The notes: a model not told the origin generated them from the sequence alone. 32,000 nt of DNA from an uncultured Methanobrevibacter sp. (GCF_947166415.1 NZ_CAMVEE010000015.1:1413-33412); one strand, 5' to 3'; shown: positions 24,593 through 32,000, counted from the first letter of the stretch. Made by a program: numbers and translations.

Positions 24593-24943
24593 TTAAAAAG
24601 CAGCATTCAAATTTATTGTAGAACTAATATCCTCTTTAAATAGCTCATAACTTGACTGTCTAGTCAATGAAATCATATTCATCAACATAGTGCATGCATG
24701 ATGGAAAACGATTTGAGAACATTCTTGTTGGATGAATTCTTCAAAAATGTCTAATCTGATCAATCCTTCAACCTTAAAATTTAAATTCAAATTTGAGGAG
24801 GATTTTAAAACAATAATATAGTTTATATCCCTTTGGTCAGTATTTGTATATTCGACAGCCCAATCAACATCCAAATTTAAATTAGTATTTTTGGGATTGT
24901 AATCTTCTCTAATCATGGCCATTCTTTCTACAGTAATTTCCAT
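24593..24943 (-). CDS. Hypothetical 116-aa protein, first gene of the Flp-like operon
   Basis: ATG 24943 (MEITVERMAM...) is preceded by GGAGAG 6 nt upstream. The track start at 24985 is a TTG with no RBS. No motif was recognised. Confidence 0.5.
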   Translation of the reverse strand: MEITVERMAMIREDYNPKNTNLNLDVDWAVEYTNTDQRDINYIIVLKSSSNLNLNFKVEGLIRLDIFEEFIQQECSQIVFHHACTMLMNMISLTRQSSYELFKEDISSTINLNAAF

Positions 24944-25004
24944 ACTACTCTCTCCAATTATTAAAATAATCTCCAAATTATTCAAATTAAAAGAATTAAT
25001 TAAA

Positions 25005-25063
25005 ATAATCTATACCCTACTAACTAGTAATAACCATATAAAGGTTATTATAGTATTACTCTC
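25005..25063 (-). promoter_or_regulatory. Promoter module of the Flp-like operon
   Basis: The minus strand reads AGTAATACTATAATAACCTTTATATGGTTATTACTAG. GTAWTAC lies at plus 25053-25059, 10 nt from box A (plus 25035-42), and the inverted repeat TAATAACC/GGTTATTA straddles the TATA box. The module sits about 60-100 nt upstream of ATG 24943. Confidence 0.65.
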
Positions 25064-25337
25064 AAAATTGGAAGTTTTTAAGACAATAAAGATAAAATAA
25101 GCTTTAAAAAAAATCAAAACACAAACCACATATCTTTATTTCATGAAAAAATGAATGAGGTTGATTTTTTAAGAAAAAATAATAATAGCAAAAACTGCAC
25201 AAATAAGACGTAAACAACGAAATAAGTTAATAAAATGATTATCTGCATTAATCGATAAAGCATTCCATCCAATTTATAAAAATAATGAAATATGTTGAAT
25301 TAAAGAGTGAAAATATTATTAAAACTATAAAGATAAA

Positions 25338-25369
25338 AGTAGTAATACTTTTTATAAAAATAATACTAC
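25338..25369. repeat. 32-bp element GTAATAC-N11-ATAATACTAC (copy 2 of 2)
   Basis: GTAATACTTTTTATAAAAATAATACTAC (GTAATAC 25342-25348, ATAATAC 25360-25366). It lies between the hcgG-like 3' end and the Flp-like promoter. It also forms an imperfect palindrome, AAGTAGTA...TACTACTT. Confidence 0.55.
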
Positions 25370-25402
25370 TTCAAAACATACTTTTATTTAAAAAATTATT
25401 AT

Positions 25403-26899
25403 CTAAACTATTGTTAATGCATCAGGCACTTTCTTCAAAATACTGTCCCTAACTGGAATCATTGTTGAAGAAGCAATTGAAAAGTCAGCACTATCTGCTG
25501 CAGCCTTATCATCCTTTTCAGCAATGATAGTTGCATTTAATTCATTTTGCAAGTTATCAACAGTATTTTTCAATACCCAATCGTCGATGTCTGAAATTAC
25601 AATTTCATCAACGAAACTATCCAATTCATTAGCGATTACCCATGAAATAAACCTTCCACCATGTAGCGCTATTGTATTTCCCTCGGCCAATTCAACAATA
25701 TCCTTTAATGTATGCTTTAACTCAATGTTTTGATACATTCTGGAATTAACCAACGTTGCCCAATGGGCATCACCAACATGATACTCACCGATTTTTCTTG
25801 GATATACATAGTCAGGCCCTGCAATCTTAACGGCAGTTGTTAATGACAATAAGTCAGGTCTTTGGACCGGAAGGCCCCTATTTGGGAATTCCTCGTTAAT
25901 AATCTGAATAATTCTTGGAAGTCCGAATTTTCCTCTCTTGGCAGTTCCAGGCTCAAATCCACACATATATCCATGATGATTTTTTTGAAAACCTGTAATT
26001 ACCATATTCAAACCGGATCTCAGGCCCACCCTTACTTCATGTTCATAAGCTCCATTTGTCGCAACCACCTTTCCTGGAGACAATATTCTTGCAGCAGCAA
26101 TTGTCTTTGCAAATGCCTCTGAAGTGTTTTCACATCTATTGAACGGACCTCCTTCAACAACAATAACATCTGCACCAATTTCAATGGATTTTTCAAATCC
26201 AGTGATTACTTCATCATAACCGTCACCAACAAACATGATTGATTCCAAGCCCCTTCCATACTTTTTAGCCAGATTTGCAATATCTTCAGCTTCCCTTAAT
26301 GGAGCCGCATGACCATCCCCTGTCTGTTCACAGGTGACATTTACCGCAACGGAGGAAGACAATTTAACCCATTCCTCTTTATCATCTTTTTCGGCGAGTT
26401 CCTTATCAATCAATCTTTCATGAATTCTTCCACGAGGACATTCAGTAAATGCAGGACCCTTATTATAACATTCGCCGCCACACCCACTGATGTTTTTAGG
26501 AAGTCTCATCGCACCATTTTCACCGAAGTGATCCAAATCCAGAGGCACATCAACAATTTCATGTACCTTCCTCATCACTTCAACACCTCTCATTCCGAAT
26601 TTTTCGGCTATGTCTGAAAAAGCGTATGCACAAATATGAATTGGAGCACCAAACATATCGGCCAATCGGCAATTACCCAACAAATCCATTAACTCCAAAT
26701 CTGATGCACAAGTTCCAACGACTACCTCTGTTAAATCGCAGCCTAACGGAAATCTTTTAAATTGCATTCCCAATTTCATTGTTTCTTCAAATGACAATTC
26801 TGAAATTGCATCAACTACGGATGTTACATCCTTATTCATTTTTGATATTTCAATTGCAGCTTCATCATCATAAACAGCTTTTTTAATCAAATCATACAT
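25403..26899 (-). CDS. 498-aa protein divergent from hmd, probably the FeGP-cofactor biosynthesis protein HcgG (fibrillarin-like C-terminal domain)
   Basis: It lies divergently adjacent to hmd and near hcgABC. A Cys cluster CGGECYNKGPAFTEC is present, along with a central barrel-like region (VGDGYDE...VVEGGPF). The C-terminal Rossmann-like segment (IALHGGRFISWVIANELDSFVDEIVISDID) fits the reported fibrillarin-like domain of HcgG. The assignment rests on context and impression, not on alignment. Confidence 0.45.
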   Translation of the reverse strand: MYDLIKKAVYDDEAAIEISKMNKDVTSVVDAISELSFEETMKLGMQFKRFPLGCDLTEVVVGTCASDLELMDLLGNCRLADMFGAPIHICAYAFSDIAEKFGMRGVEVMRKVHEIVDVPLDLDHFGENGAMRLPKNISGCGGECYNKGPAFTECPRGRIHERLIDKELAEKDDKEEWVKLSSSVAVNVTCEQTGDGHAAPLREAEDIANLAKKYGRGLESIMFVGDGYDEVITGFEKSIEIGADVIVVEGGPFNRCENTSEAFAKTIAAARILSPGKVVATNGAYEHEVRVGLRSGLNMVITGFQKNHHGYMCGFEPGTAKRGKFGLPRIIQIINEEFPNRGLPVQRPDLLSLTTAVKIAGPDYVYPRKIGEYHVGDAHWATLVNSRMYQNIELKHTLKDIVELAEGNTIALHGGRFISWVIANELDSFVDEIVISDIDDWVLKNTVDNLQNELNATIIAEKDDKAAADSADFSIASSTMIPVRDSILKKVPDALTIV

Positions 26900-26972
26900 G
26901 AAAATTTACTCCAAGACAGTTATTAACTAATATATTTTTCAGTGAAATCTTTAATAAATATGTTTCGATTTT

Positions 26973-27097
26973 GTATTACTGAAAATTAATTAAATCAATT
27001 GTATTACAAAATAAAAAGTAATACTAAACTATAATATTCCAAACAAATAGTATTATCAGTATTACTAAAAATAATAAAATAATAGAAAAAATAATAC
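26973..27097. promoter_or_regulatory. Dense GTAWTAC heptamer cluster in the divergent hcgG-hmd control region
   Basis: GTATTAC at 26973-26979, 27001-27007 and 27059-27065. GTAATAC at 27018-27024. Near copies: GTATTAT 27050-27056, ATAATAC 27091-27097, GTAATAA 27182-27188. GTATTAC-N10-GTAATAC forms an inverted pair at 27001-27024. Confidence 0.6.
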
Positions 27098-27228
27098 TAA
27101 ATAAAGACCAATGTAAAGATTTAAATAGTACTACTTTTTAAATATAAATTATTACTGCATAGAATAAAAAACCATAATTAAGTAATAAAAAAGCAATATG
27201 ACACATTTAGACCATGCAGTAAAACTTT

Positions 27229-27285
27229 TTTATATAGTTTAAACTATTGGAAAAGTTCTGTTAAAGATATATTTTTTAAGGAGAC
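27229..27285 (+). promoter_or_regulatory. hmd copy 1 box A promoter and Shine-Dalgarno
   Basis: AAAACTTTTTTATATAG contains TTTATATA at 27229-27236. AAGGAGA at 27279-27285 lies 6 nt before ATG 27292. Confidence 0.6.
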
Positions 27286-27291
27286 GAAAAA

Positions 27292-28305
27292 ATGAAAGTA
27301 GCAATTTTAGGTGCAGGATGTTACAGAACACATGCTGCAAGTGGAATTACCAACTTCTCAAGAGCTGTAGAAGTTGCTGAAGCAACCGGTAAAGAAAACA
27401 TTTCCATGACCCACTCCACAATCGAAATGGGTGCAGAATTATTAGAATTAGCAGGTGTAGACGAAGTAGTAGTATCCGACCCAGTATTCGACGGAGACTT
27501 CACCGTAGTAGAAGACTTCGACTACGCAGACGTAATCGCAGCTCACAAAGCAGGAACCCCCGAAGAAGTAATGCCAGCAATCAGAGCAAAAGTCACCGAA
27601 TTAGCAGAAACCGTACCAAAACCAGCTAAAGGCGCCATTCACTTTACTCACCCTGAAGACTTAGGAATGAAATGTATCAACGATGACGCAGAAGCAGTAG
27701 CAGACGCTGACTGGGTAATGACCTGGTTACCAAAAGGCGGAATGCAAAAAGAAATCATCGAAAAATTCGCACCTAACCTAAAAGAGGGCGCTATCCTAAC
27801 CCACGCATGTACCATTCCAACCACCAAATTCAACGACATTTTCGAAGAATTAGGCGCAAAAGTAAACGTGGCTTCATATCACCCAGGTGCAGTACCTGAA
27901 ATGAAAGGACAAGTATACATTGCAGAAGGATACGCTGACCAAGCAGCTATCGATACCTTACTCGACTTAGGTAACAAAGCAAGAGGAGCAGCATACACAT
28001 TACCAGCAAACTTATTAGGACCAGTATGTGACATGTGTTCCGCAGTAACCGCAATTACCTACGCAGGTATCTTAGCATACAGAGACACAGTAACTCAAAT
28101 CTTAGGTGCTCCGGACGACTTCGCACAAATGATGGCAAACGAAGCATTGACCCAAGTAACCGCATTAATGAACGACGAAGGTATTGCAAACATGGATGAA
28201 GCATTAGCACCATCCGCATTAACCGGTACCGCTGACTCAATGAACTTCGGATCATTAGCAGAAATCGTTCCTACCGTATTAGATTACTTAGGCAAAGAAG
28301 AATAA
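27292..28305 (+). CDS. hmd: H2-forming methylenetetrahydromethanopterin dehydrogenase ([Fe]-hydrogenase) Hmd, copy 1
   Basis: MKVAILGAGCYRTHAASGITNFSRA is the hallmark Hmd N-terminus. 337 aa. THACTIP contains the Fe-ligating Cys region. Codon usage is strongly biased. hcg genes are adjacent. Confidence 0.93.
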   Translation: MKVAILGAGCYRTHAASGITNFSRAVEVAEATGKENISMTHSTIEMGAELLELAGVDEVVVSDPVFDGDFTVVEDFDYADVIAAHKAGTPEEVMPAIRAKVTELAETVPKPAKGAIHFTHPEDLGMKCINDDAEAVADADWVMTWLPKGGMQKEIIEKFAPNLKEGAILTHACTIPTTKFNDIFEELGAKVNVASYHPGAVPEMKGQVYIAEGYADQAAIDTLLDLGNKARGAAYTLPANLLGPVCDMCSAVTAITYAGILAYRDTVTQILGAPDDFAQMMANEALTQVTALMNDEGIANMDEALAPSALTGTADSMNFGSLAEIVPTVLDYLGKEE

Positions 28306-28319
28306 ACACAATAAGTTTT

Positions 28320-28360
28320 AATTGTTGATTTTTATCAACAATTAATTTAACTTATTTTTT
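28320..28360 (+). terminator. Hairpin plus T6 after hmd copy 1
   Basis: AATTGTTGAT (28320-28329) tttt ATCAACAATT (28334-28343), then TTTTTT at 28355-28360. Confidence 0.5.
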
Positions 28361-28436
28361 AAGTGTTTAAAAAAAAGAACCCTTAAAAAATAAGTTAATT
28401 TTTATACTTATGAAAAATTGGAGATTGGTGTTAAAA

Positions 28437-29582
28437 TTGTTAGAAAAACTTAAAAAAATATTCGGCGTTAAAGATGCAGTAGAAACTGTTGAAGCAAAAA
28501 CTGTCGATGAAAAAATTGAAGAAGAAATCATAGCCGTAGAAGAAACCGTTGAAAAAACAAAGAAAATGAAAGTGGCAATTTTAGGTGCAGGATGTTACAG
28601 AACACATGCTGCAAGTGGAATTACCAACTTCTCAAGAGCTGTAGAAGTTGCTGAAGCAACCGGTAAAGAAAACATTTCCATGACCCACTCCACAATCGAA
28701 ATGGGTGCAGAATTATTAGAATTAGCAGGTGTAGACGAAGTAGTAGTATCCGACCCAGTATTCGACGGAGACTTCACCGTAGTAGAAGACTTCGACTACG
28801 CAGACGTAATCGCAGCTCACAAAGCAGGAACCCCCGAAGAAGTAATGCCAGCAATCAGAGCAAAAGTCACCGAATTAGCAGAAACCGTACCAAAACCAGC
28901 TAAAGGCGCCATTCACTTTACTCACCCTGAAGACTTAGGAATGAAATGTATCAACGATGACGCAGAAGCAGTAGCAGACGCTGACTGGGTAATGACCTGG
29001 TTACCAAAAGGCGGAATGCAAAAAGAAATCATCGAAAAATTCGCACCTAACCTAAAAGAGGGCGCTATCCTAACCCACGCATGTACCATTCCAACCACCA
29101 AATTCAACGACATTTTCGAAGAATTAGGCGCAAAAGTAAACGTGGCTTCATATCACCCAGGTGCAGTACCTGAAATGAAAGGACAAGTATACATTGCAGA
29201 AGGATACGCTGACCAAGCAGCTATCGATACCTTACTCGACTTAGGTAACAAAGCAAGAGGAGCAGCATACACATTACCAGCAAACTTATTAGGACCAGTA
29301 TGTGACATGTGTTCCGCAGTAACCGCAATTACCTACGCAGGTATCTTAGCATACAGAGACACAGTAACTCAAATCTTAGGTGCTCCGGACGACTTCGCAC
29401 AAATGATGGCAAACGAAGCATTGACCCAAGTAACCGCATTAATGAACGACGAAGGTATTGCAAACATGGATGAAGCATTAGCACCATCCGCATTAACCGG
29501 TACCGCTGACTCAATGAACTTCGGATCATTAGCAGAAATCGTTCCTACCGTATTAGATTACTTAGGTAAAGAAGAAGAATAA
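28437..29582 (+). CDS. hmd: Hmd copy 2, with an N-terminal E/K/V-rich extension
   Basis: From ATG 28566 the sequence is the same protein as copy 1 plus one extra C-terminal Glu. The frame stays open upstream to ATG 28410. There is no SD before ATG 28566. TTG 28437 is preceded by GGTG (28427-28430) in the same ttGGTGttaaa(a)TTG context as the hcgA start at 29702. Alternative starts are 28410 and 28566. Confidence 0.85.
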   Translation: MLEKLKKIFGVKDAVETVEAKTVDEKIEEEIIAVEETVEKTKKMKVAILGAGCYRTHAASGITNFSRAVEVAEATGKENISMTHSTIEMGAELLELAGVDEVVVSDPVFDGDFTVVEDFDYADVIAAHKAGTPEEVMPAIRAKVTELAETVPKPAKGAIHFTHPEDLGMKCINDDAEAVADADWVMTWLPKGGMQKEIIEKFAPNLKEGAILTHACTIPTTKFNDIFEELGAKVNVASYHPGAVPEMKGQVYIAEGYADQAAIDTLLDLGNKARGAAYTLPANLLGPVCDMCSAVTAITYAGILAYRDTVTQILGAPDDFAQMMANEALTQVTALMNDEGIANMDEALAPSALTGTADSMNFGSLAEIVPTVLDYLGKEEE

Positions 29583-29589
29583 GTTAAAA

Positions 29590-29627
29590 TGTTGGATTTA
29601 ATCCAACAATTATTTAACTTATTTTTT
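29590..29627 (+). terminator. Hairpin plus T6 after hmd copy 2
   Basis: TGTTGGAT (29590-29597) tta ATCCAACA (29601-29608), then TTTTTT at 29622-29627. It is homologous to 28320-28360 but differs by paired stem changes. Confidence 0.5.
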
Positions 29628-29701
29628 AATTGTTATCTGAAAATAGCCATTAAAAAATAAGTTAGGATATTTAATTTAATAGAGTTTAAGTTGGTGTTAA
29701 A

Positions 29702-30700
29702 TTGATTGATGAAATTTTAAACAAAGCAAAACAGGGACAGAAATTAAGCGATGAAGAATTTTTAGAGTTGTTGAGGATAGATGATGATAAAAATTTGGAA
29801 AAATTATTCGAAACATCTGCCGAAATACGTAATAGTCAATCAAAGACAATAAAATTAACATCAACAGTGCATATTACAAACAAATGCCAAATTCAGCCAA
29901 GATGCAAATATTGCGGATTTGCTGAAGAAACCTCATCAAAAGGATACTACAATGCATTCTATAAATCTGATGATGAAATATTAAAAGCTGCATTGTCCAT
30001 AACCGAAGCACATATTCCTCGCGTGAGCTGTTCCGGAGGATATGGGTATAAAGGAAAGCAGGCCGTGAATGCATGCAGAATCGTTAAAGAAAACACCAAC
30101 CTGGAGATACTTGTTAATGTTGGTGGAGATTTAACTTCAAAATCAATTGAAAAGCTTGCAGAACTTGGAGTGGATACAGTCTGCTGCAATCTGGAAACAA
30201 TAAACGAAGAGGTTTTCAAAAAAACAAAACCTGGAGATTCCCTTTCACAAAGAATTGAAACCTGCAAATTAGTATGTGAAGCAGGAATTGGATTATCCTC
30301 AGGACTGCTTTTAGGCCTTGGTGAAAGTCCTGAAGACAGAATCAGACATTTGCGTTTCCTGGGCAAGTTCAAGACACTTGAAGAAATCCCAATAATGGGT
30401 TTTAATCCTTATGATGATACCCCAATGGCTGATTACCCCCCATTCCCTTTGAAAGAACAATTGAAAATTGTCGCTGTTACCCGAATAATGTATCCTGACA
30501 TTAGAATTACAATGCCGACACCGACTGTTGGGCCTGAAAATGTCGAATATTCCCTCAAAGCGGGGGCAAATAATCTGGCAACAGTTATTGCAGACAATTA
30601 CCCTCTTGAAGTTAAAGGAGTTGGAGCTCCGGAGTATGGGAACTATTCTGAAGTCGTTAATGTGATTGAAAAATTAGGCCTCATACCTCAAACTATTTAA
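29702..30700 (+). CDS. hcgA: Radical SAM enzyme HcgA (FeGP cofactor biosynthesis)
   Basis: The cluster motif CQIQPRCKYC has the unusual CX5CX2C spacing reported for HcgA rather than CX3CX2C. The fold is BioB/ThiH-like in length (332 aa). It lies directly downstream of hmd. TTG start with a GGTG SD. Confidence 0.8.
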   Translation: MIDEILNKAKQGQKLSDEEFLELLRIDDDKNLEKLFETSAEIRNSQSKTIKLTSTVHITNKCQIQPRCKYCGFAEETSSKGYYNAFYKSDDEILKAALSITEAHIPRVSCSGGYGYKGKQAVNACRIVKENTNLEILVNVGGDLTSKSIEKLAELGVDTVCCNLETINEEVFKKTKPGDSLSQRIETCKLVCEAGIGLSSGLLLGLGESPEDRIRHLRFLGKFKTLEEIPIMGFNPYDDTPMADYPPFPLKEQLKIVAVTRIMYPDIRITMPTPTVGPENVEYSLKAGANNLATVIADNYPLEVKGVGAPEYGNYSEVVNVIEKLGLIPQTI

Positions 30701-30724
30701 TCCTCCTTTTTTATATGTGATATT

Positions 30725-31207
30725 ATGGCATTTGAAGAAATGATAAGAAATGCATTTGAAGAATCTAGAAACAACACCAGATTCGGGGATACCCTTGAAG
30801 AGCTGAATGAACTTCAGGAATATATCAAAAATGCTGAAAAGATATACGTTCCCAACAAAAACGGGATTAAAGTAGAAGTGCTGAACAGCGTTTTAAATGA
30901 GTATGGCCTGCCAGAAGCTAAAATACTTCAAATCAATACAAACACAGCGGATACAAGCAGGATTCCTGCTCTTGCAAAAGCGTATATGGCACTTGACCAA
31001 AGCGATGCTGATTTAATAATAGCTAGGGGAAGGTTAGGAATTCCGGGTTCAGGATCCTTGCTTATCTTTATTGACAACAAGGGAAGAATATTGACTGCTG
31101 GAACTTCCCCGTCACATCTGATTCATAAAAAAACAATCGAGGAAGCGGTTTATAAGGAAGCATGCGAAGCGCTTGAAAAGATTGGTTTTGAAAAAAAAGA
31201 AGGTTGA
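30725..31207 (+). CDS. hcgB: HcgB-like protein (pyridinol guanylyltransferase of FeGP cofactor biosynthesis)
   Basis: 160 aa, positioned between hcgA and the hcgC-like gene. Size and order match the conserved hcgA-B-C arrangement. No independent motif check was possible. Confidence 0.6.
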   Translation: MAFEEMIRNAFEESRNNTRFGDTLEELNELQEYIKNAEKIYVPNKNGIKVEVLNSVLNEYGLPEAKILQINTNTADTSRIPALAKAYMALDQSDADLIIARGRLGIPGSGSLLIFIDNKGRILTAGTSPSHLIHKKTIEEAVYKEACEALEKIGFEKKEG

Positions 31208-31996
31208 ATGATGAATATTGATACTGGAATAACCTCAGAAGTCCTTACGATTAAATCTGAAACAAAATTAATTGATATTTTCAATAAGATTATTTCAAAG
31301 AAATCGGAGACCGTTTATGATTATGTTGAAAGCCTGAATATCGACAAATCAAGTAAGATAATTGTAATTGGAACTTATTTTACCGGTGTGGGAATTGTAA
31401 AAAAATTAAGTGAAAAATACGACAACATACTATTGGCTGACATCTATCCTCATCTGGAAGACTTATTGTATACTGAAATAGGGGGAAAACTCCAACATAA
31501 AGTTAAATTTACATCAAACCTCGATTTAATCTATTCTGGAAGTATTGTGATTGACACAACAGGTTTTGGTGGAATTAGCGTGGATGAAACATCAAGACTT
31601 GATGTTGACGGATTCATAATAGAAGACCCTGTCGCTGAAGACAATGACAGGCTTCTTGAAGAAAAAAACAACATTCACGAAAGGCTGAATGCAGTGAAAT
31701 GTCCAAACAAGGCAATCTTGAAAACAAAAGGAATAGACAGCAAAACCTCCGGTACAATGACCCTGACGATTGGTGTTTTAACCAATCTATTGAATAAATG
31801 CCAAAAAGAGGAAGGAGTACTTTATTGTGCATGCGAAATGGGCTTTCTTGAAGAGGTAATATTTAAGGAGAAAAACATTGGAAAATTCATTGATTTGATA
31901 AATGTTCCCTCATTAAAGATATCAACAATCAAGCCCTTTGATTTAGAGGAATTGATTCTTGAAGAAATAGATAAAATAAATTCAAAAATGATTTAA
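31208..31996 (+). CDS. hcgC: HcgC-like Rossmann-fold SAM-dependent methyltransferase (FeGP cofactor biosynthesis)
   Basis: 262 aa. The Rossmann-like KIIVIGTYFTGVGIVKKL....NILLADIYPHL fits HcgC. It abuts the hcgB stop (TGA ATG ATG). Size and order fit HcgC. Confidence 0.6.
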   Translation: MMNIDTGITSEVLTIKSETKLIDIFNKIISKKSETVYDYVESLNIDKSSKIIVIGTYFTGVGIVKKLSEKYDNILLADIYPHLEDLLYTEIGGKLQHKVKFTSNLDLIYSGSIVIDTTGFGGISVDETSRLDVDGFIIEDPVAEDNDRLLEEKNNIHERLNAVKCPNKAILKTKGIDSKTSGTMTLTIGVLTNLLNKCQKEEGVLYCACEMGFLEEVIFKEKNIGKFIDLINVPSLKISTIKPFDLEELILEEIDKINSKMI

Positions 31997-32000
31997 ATGA

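Larger units (their letters stand above)
27292..29582 (+). repeat. Tandem direct duplication of hmd (period 1274 bp)
   Basis: By eye, 27292-28305 and 28566-29579 differ at only two synonymous positions (GTA/GTG codon 3; GGC/GGT near the end) plus one extra GAA. The 3' flanks remain alignable but are clearly diverged, out to the shared ttggtgttaaa(a)ttg. Confidence 0.9.

Noticed and set aside
27321-29529. Three pairs of identical antisense ORFs inside the two hmd copies (for example 27321..27503 and 28595..28777)
   Set aside because: Their perfect duplication simply reflects the hmd duplication. They are antisense to a strongly codon-biased, highly conserved gene.
1-32000. Looked for tRNA, rRNA, CRISPR repeats, IS or transposase genes, integrases, toxin-antitoxin pairs and known defence-system genes
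   Set aside because: None recognised. There are no regularly spaced direct repeats, no tRNA-like acceptor or T-arm sequences, and no transposase or integrase-like ORFs. The only long repeats are the hmd tandem duplication and the short regulatory or RNA paralogs described above.

Overview
AT-rich archaeal chromosomal segment. All calls below come from reading the sequence and from remembered motifs; no homology search was run.

The gene content points to a hydrogenotrophic methanogen of the Methanobacteriales, Methanobrevibacter-like. It includes two tandem hmd genes for the [Fe]-hydrogenase, hcgA/hcgB/hcgC, a probable hcgG, an FdhA-like/FdhB-like/MvhD-like module, aEF-1beta, Pth2, ABCE1 and box-A (TTTATATA) promoters.

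Gene order, left to right:
- a 5'-truncated membrane protein;
- an ECF-type Ni/Co transporter (CbiM/NikM, PDGLE-domain N component, CbiQ, CbiO);
- a convergent feoB-feoA-Zn-ribbon iron uptake cluster;
- two exported proteins with a shared acidic Tyr-rich tail, flanking a MarR regulator;
- a TctA-like membrane protein;
- a Trm1-like methyltransferase;
- a type IV pilus-like ATPase and platform pair;
- an LCP-like protein;
- a decayed acyltransferase-3 pseudogene;
- an alpha/beta hydrolase;
- a housekeeping block (aEF-1beta, Zn-ribbon, amino-acid-kinase-fold protein, Pth2, ABCE1);
- a 1.2 kb gene-free region;
- the Flp-like FdhA/FdhB/MvhD operon;
- the hmd/hcg locus.

The most interesting content is non-coding:
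1. Eight 16-bp palindromes TTTAGG-N4-CCTAAA (DtxR-type iron-box-like) bracket box-A promoters at three loci. Two of these promoters drive paralogous roughly 200-nt gene-free transcripts. Each transcript ends in a hairpin with an anti-Shine-Dalgarno loop followed by an oligo-T tract.
2. A palindromic heptamer GTAWTAC and a shared promoter module link four units: the Ni/Co transporter, the Flp-like operon, the hcgG-hmd control region and a stand-alone non-coding unit.
3. The 1.2 kb gap holds two paralogous structured RNA-like units. One lies in the 3'-UTR position of the Flp-like operon; the other sits behind a duplicated copy of that operon's promoter. Their stems differ by compensatory changes.
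4. The two hmd coding sequences are almost identical while their flanks have diverged. The second copy has acquired an N-terminal E/K/V-rich extension.

No rRNA, tRNA, CRISPR array, IS element or recognisable defence system was seen.
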